From: an uncultured Methanoregulaceae archaeon
GTDB taxonomy: Archaea; Halobacteriota; Methanomicrobia; Methanomicrobiales; Methanospirillaceae
Assembly (NCBI GenBank): GCA_963737635.1
Contig: CAVTTL010000001.1
Span: 1,920,001 to 1,984,000, forward strand
Length of the DNA stretch: 64,000 nt
Direction of reading: 5' to 3'
The position numbers and the translations under genes are program-made. Every line of letters starts with the position of its first letter. The first letter of the stretch is position 1. Below the pieces are notes generated by a model. It saw only the letters and a list, made by a program, of their open reading frames with translations. It was not told the origin of the DNA and did not search any database. This document shows, one piece after another, positions 29,839 to 40,701 of this stretch.

Positions 29839-31126
29839 TTGACGGCGGGTGTTTTCAATAGCTTCGATAAAATCTTCCAGAAAAGGAAAACGCCAGAAAA
29901 AACCGGAGCATTCGCCACGTACCGGAATGTTTGGAAAACGATATTTGTACTATTGTGCCTCTCCTTACTTGCGCTGACAGCATACCAGTTTTATGTGATA
30001 TCTCAGGACCCCTCGAGCCGGCTGGGATTACCGGGTTTTTGAGGGGGCCATCCAGGCGCTCAATCACGCGCAGAATCCCTACGTTCTTGCCAATATCAAC
30101 CAGTATGTAGAACAGTATACCGGGGGGAACCTTCCTTTTACTTATCCGCCACACACCTTGTATTTCTTCTGGATTCTTGATCACTTCTTCGTGTTCGAAA
30201 ATATCGTGATATACTATTCACTGTTAGTGATACTCCTGATTATCAGCGGATATCTAATTGTGACTTTGGATCAAGAGCCGCACTATCTCTTCCTGATTAC
30301 CCTGCTCGTAACCGGCTTTATGGCCACTGCCTGGAATTTTGGTACCGGGAATAAAGATTTTTTCTTCCTGTTTTTATTTGCCCTCACATTCGTGCTGCTG
30401 ATAAAAGAAAAATACTGGGAGTCTGCCATCGTGATGGGTCTTACGGCAGCCGTTTCGCTTATTACAGCCCCGTTTGCAGCTCTCTATCTGGTTGTCAAAC
30501 GCCCCATTACTCTTCGTCTGGCATATATATTCCTGTCCGGTGGTGTAGTTGCGGCCCTTTTTGTAGTGAGTTATGTTGTCAATCCGACCTATCTTGTCTC
30601 CTATATCGGCACCCTGCAGGGGAATAGCACGAGCCCCCTGTATGATGTGGGCGGATTAAACACACCTACACCATACCTGATGTTTAACGATCTCTTAAAC
30701 GGTGTAAATATCAATGGTATTCTCCCGGTTGCCGTTGTTGCATGCGTGTATGTCGGTCTTATCCTGTTTGCGACGAGAAACTACTGGATCAACAATAAAG
30801 AGGATACGTTGAAAAATTATTCAATCGTTTTCCTCGCGATATTCATGATGCTGCCACGAATAAAGCCCTATGACTTTATCATGGTCGCCATCCCTGTTTA
30901 CTTTTTATGCAAAGACCTCAGTGACCGGATGAAATGCCTGCTGTTTGCGGTGATTTCTTTGCCGCTCTTTTTCTGGTACCTTAACTTTGTCGTCTACACG
31001 ACGGGATTTCCCTTCCTGGCGGGGGTGTACACCCAGACGTACAGCCTGATCCTTGTCTTTGTTATGATAATCCTGTACGATCGCCAGAAACAGGTATCGT
31101 GTCCCGGAGAGGACACTACCACATAA
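29839..31126 (+). CDS. GT87/DUF2029-like polytopic membrane glycosyltransferase; frameshift near 30025
   Basis: The joined frames give DYRVFEGAIQALNHAQNPY...PFTYPP followed by multiple TM helices and a PYD motif. Confidence 0.6.
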
Positions 31127-31218
31127 ATGAGATGCTCCGGAGAGGACAGATCAGAACTGATGTATGTGTTCGATTGACGATCGGTTGTCTCGAACAATCA
31201 GAAGTTTTCAGCTACGCC

Positions 31219-32244
31219 TCATCCCATCTTATACCTGAGCAGTGCTGCGATTCCCCCGAGGGCTACCAGACGCTCGCCGGGTTCGAATTCTGTTGAAAGT
31301 ACAACAACACTAGCCTGCATCTTTTCTGCGCCTTCGATCAGGGGCACGATCGTCAAGTCCCGGAGCAGGGTATCGGCAAGCAGTATTTCGTCAACAGCGC
31401 CGTACTCAATTGCGGTCTGCACCGCTTTTTTCCCGTAGGCAACTGCCCCGTCTTGGGCAATACGCAGGAGTACCTCGTCCATCAGCCTGACTTCACGCGA
31501 GAGCTGGAGATCCCCGATCAGTTTTTCAAGGGTTCCCGCACCGATCACGTCTTGTACTGCACCCCTGCCAATCCTCCGGGTTTCAACAACAAGCGCCCTC
31601 CCAGCAGGTACGCTGTTTTTATTTTTAGCATATTTGACAAAATCTTCCTTGATAAAACCCGGCCCGGCAATAATAAGCGGGCCGGAAATCTCCGCGATAC
31701 TCTTAAGAACCACATCAAAAAAACCGGTCCGCGTCTCCGTCTCCCCGCCCTTTCCGCTTCCCGCCGTGATGGTGATCACGCTCTCCGGGCCGTACTGCCG
31801 GAGCCGGAAGAGCTCGGCTTCCCCTTCCTCAAGGGTCAGGATATGGATTACCCCGAAAACCGATGCTTTCACTGCACGTTTGATCCGTTCGAGATCGACC
31901 GGCCTCCACCGCCTGATGATCGAGATCTCGTATCCTGTCTCGACATTAATCGTGTGGTATGCACCGGCATCCATGCCGTGCTCGATAATCCCGGTGATTC
32001 GGAGCCGTACCCCATGCTCGGAGAACTCCACTTTTTCGGCACGGATTCCAAGCCTGACCGGCCGTTTCTCCACCTTTTCCGGACGGATCTTATCGGTCGC
32101 GGACTCTACGCTCCGGAATGTGGTGGCAAATACCAGATCGCCTGGAGCGATCAGGTGCTGGAGATGCCAGAGGTCATCGATACTCTCCGGGAAAAGCCGG
32201 ATTTCGCCTGCGTTATCCTTGAGCTCGCCGTACTCCGCTTTCAT
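31219..32244 (-). CDS. pelA: mRNA surveillance protein pelota
   Basis: PESIDDLWHL, AYHTINV, AGPGFIKE, AVAYG, LGGIAALLRY. Confidence 0.95.
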   Translation of the reverse strand: MKAEYGELKDNAGEIRLFPESIDDLWHLQHLIAPGDLVFATTFRSVESATDKIRPEKVEKRPVRLGIRAEKVEFSEHGVRLRITGIIEHGMDAGAYHTINVETGYEISIIRRWRPVDLERIKRAVKASVFGVIHILTLEEGEAELFRLRQYGPESVITITAGSGKGGETETRTGFFDVVLKSIAEISGPLIIAGPGFIKEDFVKYAKNKNSVPAGRALVVETRRIGRGAVQDVIGAGTLEKLIGDLQLSREVRLMDEVLLRIAQDGAVAYGKKAVQTAIEYGAVDEILLADTLLRDLTIVPLIEGAEKMQASVVVLSTEFEPGERLVALGGIAALLRYKMG

Positions 32245-34145
32245 GGCGTCTCCGAAATATCAGAACCCCCGGGAGGAACAAATGCCGCAACAGATTCGGT
32301 GTTCAGGACCCCCTTGAGCAGTTTTTCTTCATCAGGTGTTATATTCTGCCGCAGGAGACGCAGCACTTTCTTTGCGACATCGTTTGGCTCAAACTGGCCG
32401 GGTTTCAATTCAGCGTAAGCCTTGGTCCGCGAACGGATCACGGCAGGCGGGCCACCGATGACGGCAGCCTGCGGTTCCAGAACAAGGCCGATTCCCACCG
32501 CAAGAGGAACATCGCGATAATAAGTACGCTCACCCCGGACAATAAAAGAACCGCGGGTGACGAATTCACCGGACTGGGGGGTCTTGCTGACTTGGGTTGG
32601 CTGTGCACTATATACGTCGGCAGAAAAATGCCCGCTTCGCCATGCCCCCGAATACGACGCGGCAAACTGTGCCACCTCATCCATCCTTTCCGTTTTACCC
32701 TTGACGATCACAACACTCGCGCCATGGACATCAGCATGGACAAACAGATCTCCCCCGGTCATGTACTTCTTGACCAGTTCCTCGTTCTGCGATGCGTCCC
32801 GGCCTCCCAGAACCACGATACCGTCGCTGGTCACAAACCACCGGAACCGGTGGTACCAGAGTTTCTTCATTGGCACGATATCATGCCGGATTATCTTTTT
32901 CTTCGGCTTGACCGTTTTCATGGCAAGAAGGGCGCCTTCTTTTTTCTTCCTGAATTTTTTTATAATATCATAATACCGGCCGGCATTCTGCTCCACACTC
33001 TCGTGAACAAAAATTTTCACTTTTTTTCCTATATCTATCTCGACTGCTGCCTCACTGGGATGGAAGGCAACTATCCGTTTTGCATCGGTTGTTGAAGTAT
33101 CGCGGAGATGGTGCTCGATTTCCTGCCAGGACAGGCGTTTGCTTGCGGCATCAAGAGACGATATCACCTGTGCAACAAACCGGTAATTCTCGTAGATCGC
33201 CGCAACAATCTCTTCGGTTTTCTGGATCTTCTCATCAAATTTTTTTATTGCCGCTGCCTGATACTTGTGGATCCGCTCCCCCTCAGAAAGTTTGGGTTTT
33301 GCTGCAACCCGGACTTTCTCTGCCTTAGTCATGGGATAGAATGCCTCAAGCGCCTCGGAAAAACCAGAGAATCGGGCTTCTTCTCCCGGTAGGCATTCGG
33401 ATTCCGGGGCCAATAAGACCGGTTCGCAGCTGGTGGCGGACAGGACCGGGTGCACCTGGTGCTGTACCTGTTCAAAAAGGGAGGTGATTGCAGTAAACAG
33501 CGTTCCTGGATCCGCTTTTGATGCCGGAATGGCTTTATCGATACCGGCAATTCTGCACACGTATTCTGCATACGTACCACCAAGCATACATGCTATAGCT
33601 AGGGCACGCACCAGATCCCGATCGTCACCAGCAAGGGTGGCCGCAAGATTTTCTCCTGACGCGGTTGGATCGGTGCCGCTCATCGCATAGATTGCATCGG
33701 GAACGATGTCCCGATCCTTGAACCGGTGATGGCGGAGCGGTTTTATGATCTTGTAGGATTCGTCTGTGAGGATCACATTTCCCTCGTCGAAGAGTTCGAT
33801 AATGAGGCGGTAGGTAAGCGTCCCTTTCCCGATGTCGAAAATAAGGATCCGTTCCAGCCCATGCTGCCGGATCGAAAGCACCTTTCCGCCGGAGATGTAT
33901 TTACGCAGGAGCATGGCAAACTGCGGAGGGTTTTTGGGGGGGGCAGGAAAATTTTTAACCAGATGTACCCGCCTCCCTGCTTCGACGAGCAGCTGGTACT
34001 TTGCATGCGCTTCACCGTTCAGGCGGATTCCAAGGGTACGGGTTTCGAACTGGTAGATCTTATCGATCCACAGCGGCAGCTTGTCACAGAGTTCGTACAC
34101 CACCGCCCGTACGTCAATCCCACTCATGCCCTGTGCAGTCGCCAT
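32241..34145 (-). CDS. rqcH: Ribosome quality control protein aRqcH (NFACT family)
   Basis: FAMLLRKY, IELFDEGNVIL, WYHRFRWF, GGRDASQNE, HADVHGA, GSFIVRGER. Confidence 0.93.
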   Translation of the reverse strand: MATAQGMSGIDVRAVVYELCDKLPLWIDKIYQFETRTLGIRLNGEAHAKYQLLVEAGRRVHLVKNFPAPPKNPPQFAMLLRKYISGGKVLSIRQHGLERILIFDIGKGTLTYRLIIELFDEGNVILTDESYKIIKPLRHHRFKDRDIVPDAIYAMSGTDPTASGENLAATLAGDDRDLVRALAIACMLGGTYAEYVCRIAGIDKAIPASKADPGTLFTAITSLFEQVQHQVHPVLSATSCEPVLLAPESECLPGEEARFSGFSEALEAFYPMTKAEKVRVAAKPKLSEGERIHKYQAAAIKKFDEKIQKTEEIVAAIYENYRFVAQVISSLDAASKRLSWQEIEHHLRDTSTTDAKRIVAFHPSEAAVEIDIGKKVKIFVHESVEQNAGRYYDIIKKFRKKKEGALLAMKTVKPKKKIIRHDIVPMKKLWYHRFRWFVTSDGIVVLGGRDASQNEELVKKYMTGGDLFVHADVHGASVVIVKGKTERMDEVAQFAASYSGAWRSGHFSADVYSAQPTQVSKTPQSGEFVTRGSFIVRGERTYYRDVPLAVGIGLVLEPQAAVIGGPPAVIRSRTKAYAELKPGQFEPNDVAKKVLRLLRQNITPDEEKLLKGVLNTESVAAFVPPGGSDISETP

Positions 34146-34206
34146 GGATTATACCAAATTACATATGGCTTGCGCACTAAAAAATAAGACTACCGGGTGA
34201 ATCAGG

Positions 34207-34560
34207 TTGGCCGAAGATGTCCATGAAGAAGAACAAACCTCACTTTCCAGAAAAAAGAAAACCAAACTGGAAAAGCAGGCCGAACACATAATCCGTATTA
34301 AAAAGACCTTGGTTGCCTGCATCGCGGGCATCTTTGTTGGTATTCTATCCTATTACCTGCAGGTTACGATAAAAAACGATATAGGGCTTCTTGCATTCAT
34401 GCTGATGCTCGCCGGTGTGGTGCTCCAGCGGCATATCTTTGTACTGATGCATATTGACAGCTCAAAACTGGGTGCAAAAGACTGGCTCTACCAAGGATTC
34501 ATGACTTTTGCATTCTGGTTCATGTCCTGGACTCTCCTGCTCTCGACAATGTCGCATTGA
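34207..34560 (+). CDS. Archaeal EMC6-like small membrane protein
   Basis: Three TM helices, KDWLYQGFMTFAFWFMSWTLL C-terminus, upstream of ABCE1. Confidence 0.7.
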   Translation: MAEDVHEEEQTSLSRKKKTKLEKQAEHIIRIKKTLVACIAGIFVGILSYYLQVTIKNDIGLLAFMLMLAGVVLQRHIFVLMHIDSSKLGAKDWLYQGFMTFAFWFMSWTLLLSTMSH

Positions 34561-34579
34561 TCTTTTTTCCCTGATGACC

Positions 34580-36355
34580 ATGAGAATCAGCTATTGTCCA
34601 TAAGGATCGCTGCCACGCAAAAAAGTGCGGGACTGAGTGTATCATCTACTGTCCCCGGGTTAGGACCGGCGACGAGACCGTGGTCATCGGCAAAGAGGGA
34701 AAAGCGATCATATCCGAAGAGGCTCTGTGTTGGTTGCGGCATCTGCATCAAGAAGTGCCCGTTTGATGCTATCGATATCGTCAGCCTTCCCGAAGAACTC
34801 GAGCATCCCACCCACCGGTACGGGAAAAACGGGTTTGCCCTCTACGGGCTGCCTATACCAGTGCAGGGGAAGGTTACCGGTATTCTTGGTGCGAACGGTA
34901 TCGGGAAAAGCACGGCCGTAAAGATCCTCTCCGGGCAACTCCGCCCTAACCTGGGGAATTTTGATGCTGATGTCGCTTGGGAAGAGATCCTGAAACGTTA
35001 TGCCGGGACGGAACTCTTCGATTACCTTCAGACCGTCTCAAAGAAGAGCAAAAAGATCGCGGTCAAGCCCCAGTACATCGATTTCATCCCCAAACTTTAT
35101 TCGGGGACGACTCTTGACCTGCTCAAAACAACTGACGAGCGGGGCAGACTTGAAGAGCTTATCCCCGCGCTCAAACTCGATGCAATACTCGATCACCAGA
35201 TCGGTACGCTGAGCGGGGGAGAGCTCCAGAGAGTGGCAATAACTGCCTGCCTTGCACGAAATGCCGATCTCTATTTTCTCGACGAAATTACACCCTTTCT
35301 GGATATCTACCAGCGTATTTCTGCCGCCAAACTGATTCGTGAATTAGCGGTGGAACACCCGGTCGTGATTGTAGAACACGATCTTGCTATCCTTGACATG
35401 CTTGCCGATACCGTACATATCGGGTACGGTAGGCCGGCGGTCTTTGGGGTTATCACCCGGCCAAAAGGTGTACGGGTCGGCATTAACCAGTATCTTGAAG
35501 GATATCTCGCAGAGGAGAACGTACGGTTCCGGGACACTCAGGTGGTCTTTGAGAAGAGAGCACACGAGAAAGGTTCAAAACGTGAGGATCTGGTGGAGGT
35601 TCCTCCGCTTACCAAGAACTACGATACGTTCCGGCTCACAATTACAGGTGGCACGATAAAGGCCGGTGAAGTGCTTGGGGTCATTGGTGCAAATGGTATG
35701 GGGAAGAGTACCTTTGCGAAGCTTCTTGCCGGTGTGGAGAAACCTGACTCCGGTACTATGGACACGACACTCCGGATCTCCTATAAGCCACAATATATCA
35801 AACCGGAGACGTCGGATTCGGTCGAAATGTTCCTGCGCCGATGCACTAGTAAATTCGACAGTTCCTATTACCAGCATGAGATACTCGAACCACTCTCACT
35901 CCAGGCCATTCTCCAGTCGCCGGTTGATTCTCTGAGCGGTGGGGAACTCCAGAGGGTGGCGATCGCTTCCTGCCTCTCACGCGATGCAGATCTCTATATC
36001 CTTGACGAACCAAGTGCCCATCTCGATGTTGAACAACGCGTGAAAGTAACCCGGCTCATCAAGCACCACGCAGAAGGAAAGGAAGTGGCCATTCTTGTTA
36101 TCGATCACGACATTTATCTTATCGATATGATCAGTGAACGGATCCTTGTCTTTGAGGGTGAGCCAGGTATTAAGGGTATCTGCAGCCGGCCCCTTTGCAA
36201 TGCGTGACGGTATGAACCGGTTTTTAAAAGCGTTAGATGTTACGTTTCGCAGGGATCAGACCGGCCGGCCAAGGATTAACAAACCCGATTCATTCCTGGA
36301 CCGGGAACAGAAAAGCCGTGGCGAGTATTATTACTATGCCGCAGATGACGAATAG
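34580..36355 (+). CDS. rli: Ribosome recycling ATPase ABCE1/Rli1; apparent frameshifts at ~34588, ~34721, ~36180
   Basis: Fe-S domain reconstructed as [28 protein letters not shown]; two NBDs with LSGGELQR; C-terminal TFRRD..GRPRINK..EYYY in the 36134..36355 frame. Confidence 0.95.
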
Positions 36356-36403
36356 ATTCCGGCACCCTTGGCACAGCGGGTATTCCCTGCAGGAAAACTG
36401 TTT

Positions 36404-37624
36404 TCAGTGAGAAGGGTGAAGGAACGGCATAAATCCGGCAAAGAAACTCATTATGCGGTCGAGGGCTGATGTATCACCCGGTTGCGTTTCTTCCGCAATA
36501 GGGGATATCGTCTGCGAGATGTTCTGAGGCACAGGGACCGGCGTCAGAGTGGAGGCCGGGGTCATAGTCTCAATGACAATAAGAGGGGCTGTTGATACGT
36601 CCCCGGTGTAATATCCGACAATATCCAGCGTAGAAAACCAGAGCCGGTCGCCCGCATCGATATAAATCGTTTTGACACGGTGCGAGTTGCCGGCAATTCC
36701 TTCAAACATTCCCATATGACGGATTATCGCACCATTTTTCCAGACATAAATGCCGTTGTCGGTGGCTACATACAAGGTTCCATCGGATCCCCCGGCTACA
36801 TCATTGATAGCATATGGCCCACCGTAAAAATCCCCTGAGGAAAGGATCTGGGTAAAACCGGTGACTGCACTATAATGTGCCACTTCGGTCGAATTAAAGA
36901 AGTAAACTCCGCCAAGAGGATCCCGGCGCACGTGACCGAGCAAACCGTAAAGATCTTTTTTATCCTCAATTTTGTTAAAGAGGATTGTACTGTTAGATGA
37001 GATTACCTGCCAGAGCCCTTCATGAGCGGTACCTACAAGAAGTGTATCGGTTGCGCTGTCAAGCGCCATGCTGTCGACCTCAAAGAAACCTGGTCCACCC
37101 GGGGAGAAGGGCGGGAACCAGGTCCAGTTACCATTGTGGTACCGGCTCAGCGCAGTGTTCCCGGTTGCAATCCACATATCGTCATTCCAGCGCTGGAGAG
37201 CCCTGATCTGGAGACTTTTTAAAAGTTCCTGATCAATGACATTTTGAAAGTCGTTCCCGTTATAGATCTGGATCCCCCCCGCGAATCCAATCCAGAGGTT
37301 GCCGGAGTTATCATAGGCAAGCGCCGTCACAAAATTGTCCAGAAGACCGCTGGAGAGATTGTCCCTGTTAATATGCTGTGTGCTCCAGCTTCCGTCATAC
37401 GTTGAAAGGCCAAGAGGGGTGCCAATAAGGACCTCCCCATGCAAACCATTAACGATTGCGTTAACTTGTGCGGATGGAATCGAATCCGATGATGGACGAA
37501 AAAGGAATACTGATCCGGTCTGCTGCTGGCCCGGCGAGATATTCCCTATCGAAGTATTGGCAGCCACCGCAACCGGAGTAAGGCAAACCACGAGAAAAAG
37601 ATAAAAAACAAAATTATATTTCAT
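36404..37624 (-). CDS. Secreted beta-propeller protein (two-component regulator propeller-like repeats)
   Basis: Signal peptide; repeats such as L.DNFVTALAYDNSGNLWIG and VKTIYIDAGDRLWF; Pro/Thr-rich tail. Confidence 0.75.
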   Translation of the reverse strand: MKYNFVFYLFLVVCLTPVAVAANTSIGNISPGQQQTGSVFLFRPSSDSIPSAQVNAIVNGLHGEVLIGTPLGLSTYDGSWSTQHINRDNLSSGLLDNFVTALAYDNSGNLWIGFAGGIQIYNGNDFQNVIDQELLKSLQIRALQRWNDDMWIATGNTALSRYHNGNWTWFPPFSPGGPGFFEVDSMALDSATDTLLVGTAHEGLWQVISSNSTILFNKIEDKKDLYGLLGHVRRDPLGGVYFFNSTEVAHYSAVTGFTQILSSGDFYGGPYAINDVAGGSDGTLYVATDNGIYVWKNGAIIRHMGMFEGIAGNSHRVKTIYIDAGDRLWFSTLDIVGYYTGDVSTAPLIVIETMTPASTLTPVPVPQNISQTISPIAEETQPGDTSALDRIMSFFAGFMPFLHPSH

Positions 37625-38105
37625 GTGCGGCGCCATCCGCGCTTCTGACAGTAACTTTTCCATTTTCTCCCGGATAAAACGACACGGTCCTGCCGGATTT
37701 TCCGCCGACTTCCTCTGCACTTATCCGGAGACGATTCTGTGCAAGGATAACGCGCAGTCGTTCAACGTTCCTCTCGCCGATATTGAGATTATTACCAAAA
37801 TATTCAAACATACTCGCCCCACCGGCCATCTTTACCACGAGGGATGAACGTTGGGAACCTCGTTCTGTCAATTTACTAAGGAGAAGAGGGACTGCGGTGT
37901 CCGCGTATTTTCCTGGTCGATCAGTGCGCCCGGAACTTTCGGGCAGCATGATATGAACCATAGCCCCTATGCGAAGGTCACGGTCATAGATCGTCAGACC
38001 AATACAGGATCCCAGACCAATAGTCATCATGGGAGAGGACCCTACAAAGTACTCACCGATACCTATCATGACTGGGACTTTTTCTTGGGAGGCGGGTTCA
38101 GGCAT
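37614..38105 (-). CDS. cheD: Chemoreceptor glutamine deamidase CheD
   Basis: GLGSCIG, HIMLP, KYAD, KMAGGA, IGERN, GGKSGR. Confidence 0.95.
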   Translation of the reverse strand: MPEPASQEKVPVMIGIGEYFVGSSPMMTIGLGSCIGLTIYDRDLRIGAMVHIMLPESSGRTDRPGKYADTAVPLLLSKLTERGSQRSSLVVKMAGGASMFEYFGNNLNIGERNVERLRVILAQNRLRISAEEVGGKSGRTVSFYPGENGKVTVRSADGAAHEI

Positions 38106-38120
38106 TCCGGATCCGGGAGA

Positions 38121-38732
38121 TCAGCTGGATTTCATCAGGTTTTCCAAGCGCTCGACAAACGTTTTGAGCATGTGAACCTCAGGCATCATGATGATATCGC
38201 TGTCGATCCTGTGCTCTTCACAGACCAGTTCGGTCGAGAATAACATAACCTCGTCAATCTCCTCCTGCATCTGAGCAATAAGGGATTGCATAGCTGCATG
38301 CGCCATATCGATGATGAGCGCCGGGGGAGAAGGTAGCATAACAAACCCGAGGAGTTCAGCAGTTGCATCGAGAAATGCTGAAGCCATAATATTACCGATC
38401 TCAATAAGGGCACTTTCATCCATCTCGTTGAGTGGACGATCAGGATCGGTAAGGCCGAGCATCGTGTTGGTCAGGCGCACGGCCGATTTCCGGGAAATAT
38501 AAACAATAATATAACCTCCGTGAGGAATCTCGCCCTGCAGCTCAAAGACCACAAGCGCGGCTGGCTCTCCTCCGATATGTTCAGCCAGCTGCGCCACGTC
38601 CACTACCCTGATTTTGGGTACACTCATCTCCACAGCGCTTGACAGCATCTGGGAAAGCGTGGTCGCAGCGTGCGCTGCTCCGATGTTTCCCAGTTCCTGC
38701 ATCGCATCTACCTGAACTGATGATAGTTTCAT
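38121..38732 (-). CDS. cheC: CheY-P phosphatase CheC
   Basis: DAMQELGNIG and SALIEIGNI motifs. Confidence 0.93.
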   Translation of the reverse strand: MKLSSVQVDAMQELGNIGAAHAATTLSQMLSSAVEMSVPKIRVVDVAQLAEHIGGEPAALVVFELQGEIPHGGYIIVYISRKSAVRLTNTMLGLTDPDRPLNEMDESALIEIGNIMASAFLDATAELLGFVMLPSPPALIIDMAHAAMQSLIAQMQEEIDEVMLFSTELVCEEHRIDSDIIMMPEVHMLKTFVERLENLMKSS

Positions 38733-38739
38733 GGCTTGT

Positions 38740-40701
38740 TCATTCCTGCATCGTGTTTACATCAAGAACCGGCACTACATCACCATCACCGAGAATAGTG
38801 ACCCCACTGATCCCTTTGGTGGTTCCAATAAAACTGCTCAACGGCTTTACAACTACTTCCTGCTTACCTTCAACGGCATCTACAGGAATACAGCACTTCC
38901 TTTTCTGGTACTGAACGACAATAAGGATCTCGCACCGGTCCGAGCTTCCGACCATATCATTAAGCCAGAGAATCTGGAGCACTTCATCCCGGATCAAAGT
39001 CACCTCTCCTTTCCCAATATGGTGCATCCCTTCCTTTTTGAAGTTCGCTACTTCAACAATGCTGCTGATGGGGATCGCCAAGCGCTTGCGGTTGATTCTT
39101 ACAATCATGACATCCACAATTGCCATGGTGGGAGGTAGGAGCAGCTCAAAAACACTCCCCTGCCCGGGTATAGTTTCAACTTTTATAGTACCTTTGAGCG
39201 ATTCAATCGATCGTTTTACTACATCAAGGCCGACACCTCTTCCTGAGATATCAGTTATAGTATCGGCAGTGGAAAAGCCCGGTTGGAAGAGCAGGTCAAT
39301 GGCTTCGTCTTGGGTGAGGGTGGCCGCGATCTCAGGTGAGATCAGGCCTTTTTCTATGGCTTTCTTCTTTACTTTCTCCACGTTAATACCGGCACCGTCA
39401 TCCTTGAGTTTGATAATAACGTTATCGCGGTCCCGGTGTGCAGTAAGTCTGACAAGACCTTTTGCAGGTTTTCCTGCTTTTAGCCTGGTTGCCGGATCTT
39501 CGATGCCATGGTTTACCGCATTCCTTATCAGATGAAGCAGCGGATCATTGAGGCCATCCATAACACTCCGGTCAAGTTCGGTCTCGCCGCCTTCCATAGT
39601 GAACTCAACCTCTTTATGATCGTACTGGGCGACATCACGGACAACCCGGGGCAGGCGGTTGAAGATATGGGAGAGCGGGATCATACGGATGGCCATCATC
39701 AGGTTCTGGAGCTCAGAGACCGATCGCTCTACCATGCTGATCGCCTCGTCCATCTCTTTTATCTTTTTCTCATCGGCGATCTGCTTGAGCCGGCCCCTGT
39801 TGATCACCAGATCTTCGACAAGATTCATGATATGATCGAGCTGGGAAATATCCACCCGGAGATTTTTTATTTCCCGGTTCTTTTCTGGTGCCGCTGCCTG
39901 CTTCCGGTCAGATTCCGCTGGTTTTTTTCCTGAACCGGGTTCTGTCAGCACAGCAGAAGGCACTTCTGTCGGATGGATCTCGACAGAGGCGATCTCACTT
40001 CCCTGCGCTGCAGTCCTGAGTGCTTCTTCTCCTGCATCACTCGCAATCGTGAGATGAGCTGTCCCGTCGAATTTCCCTTCATCGATCTCATTTTTTGAAG
40101 GCTGTAATGACCGGATCATCCCCAGAGCCTCAAGGTTCTGGATCGCAATCATCGCACGGACATCTTTCATCATGCATTCAGGAGCTACGATGATGGTCAT
40201 CGCATATTCAGTTCCGGTGCATTGTTGGGGATTCTCCTCTTCGAGGATTCCCTCCGGAGTACATGATTCCGTCTCTTGCCGGGCACTTGCTTCATCTTTC
40301 TCCGGTCCGCTGGCACTCTGATGTTGCAGCCAGTCGCGCAAAGCCTGGACCTGCTTATCCGGGTTCTTGGAGGAAGAATCCCCGCCAGCCTCGACATCGT
40401 CGAGCATTTCCTCGATGAGATCGGTACAGGAAAAGATGATGTTCCCCAGCTCCTCAGACATTTCAACATTGCCGCCTCGGATAAGCTGCAACACATCCTC
40501 CATTGTGTGACAGAGGCGTTCCATATCAGCAAAACCCATGGATGCAGAAGCACCTTTGAGCGTATGGATCGATCTGAAGATCTCGTCAATAGCGTTCTGG
40601 TCTGCGCCTTTCTCCAGAACAAGAAGATTGTTTACCAGATTTTCATGGTTTTCACGGGATTCCGCAACAAACAGCGACCGGTACTGCTCAAAATCACCCA
40701 T
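38740..40701 (-). CDS. cheA: Chemotaxis histidine kinase CheA
   Basis: IFRSIHTLKG Hpt, P2, HLIRNAVNHGIE, SGRGVGLDVV, CheW-like domain. Confidence 0.96.
   Translation of the reverse strand: MGDFEQYRSLFVAESRENHENLVNNLLVLEKGADQNAIDEIFRSIHTLKGASASMGFADMERLCHTMEDVLQLIRGGNVEMSEELGNIIFSCTDLIEEMLDDVEAGGDSSSKNPDKQVQALRDWLQHQSASGPEKDEASARQETESCTPEGILEEENPQQCTGTEYAMTIIVAPECMMKDVRAMIAIQNLEALGMIRSLQPSKNEIDEGKFDGTAHLTIASDAGEEALRTAAQGSEIASVEIHPTEVPSAVLTEPGSGKKPAESDRKQAAAPEKNREIKNLRVDISQLDHIMNLVEDLVINRGRLKQIADEKKIKEMDEAISMVERSVSELQNLMMAIRMIPLSHIFNRLPRVVRDVAQYDHKEVEFTMEGGETELDRSVMDGLNDPLLHLIRNAVNHGIEDPATRLKAGKPAKGLVRLTAHRDRDNVIIKLKDDGAGINVEKVKKKAIEKGLISPEIAATLTQDEAIDLLFQPGFSTADTITDISGRGVGLDVVKRSIESLKGTIKVETIPGQGSVFELLLPPTMAIVDVMIVRINRKRLAIPISSIVEVANFKKEGMHHIGKGEVTLIRDEVLQILWLNDMVGSSDRCEILIVVQYQKRKCCIPVDAVEGKQEVVVKPLSSFIGTTKGISGVTILGDGDVVPVLDVNTMQE

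Noticed and set aside
34580-36355. Programmed frameshifting or pseudogenisation of ABCE1 and other split genes
   Set aside because: No consistent slippery motif; indels are scattered through essential genes, so sequencing error is the simpler explanation.
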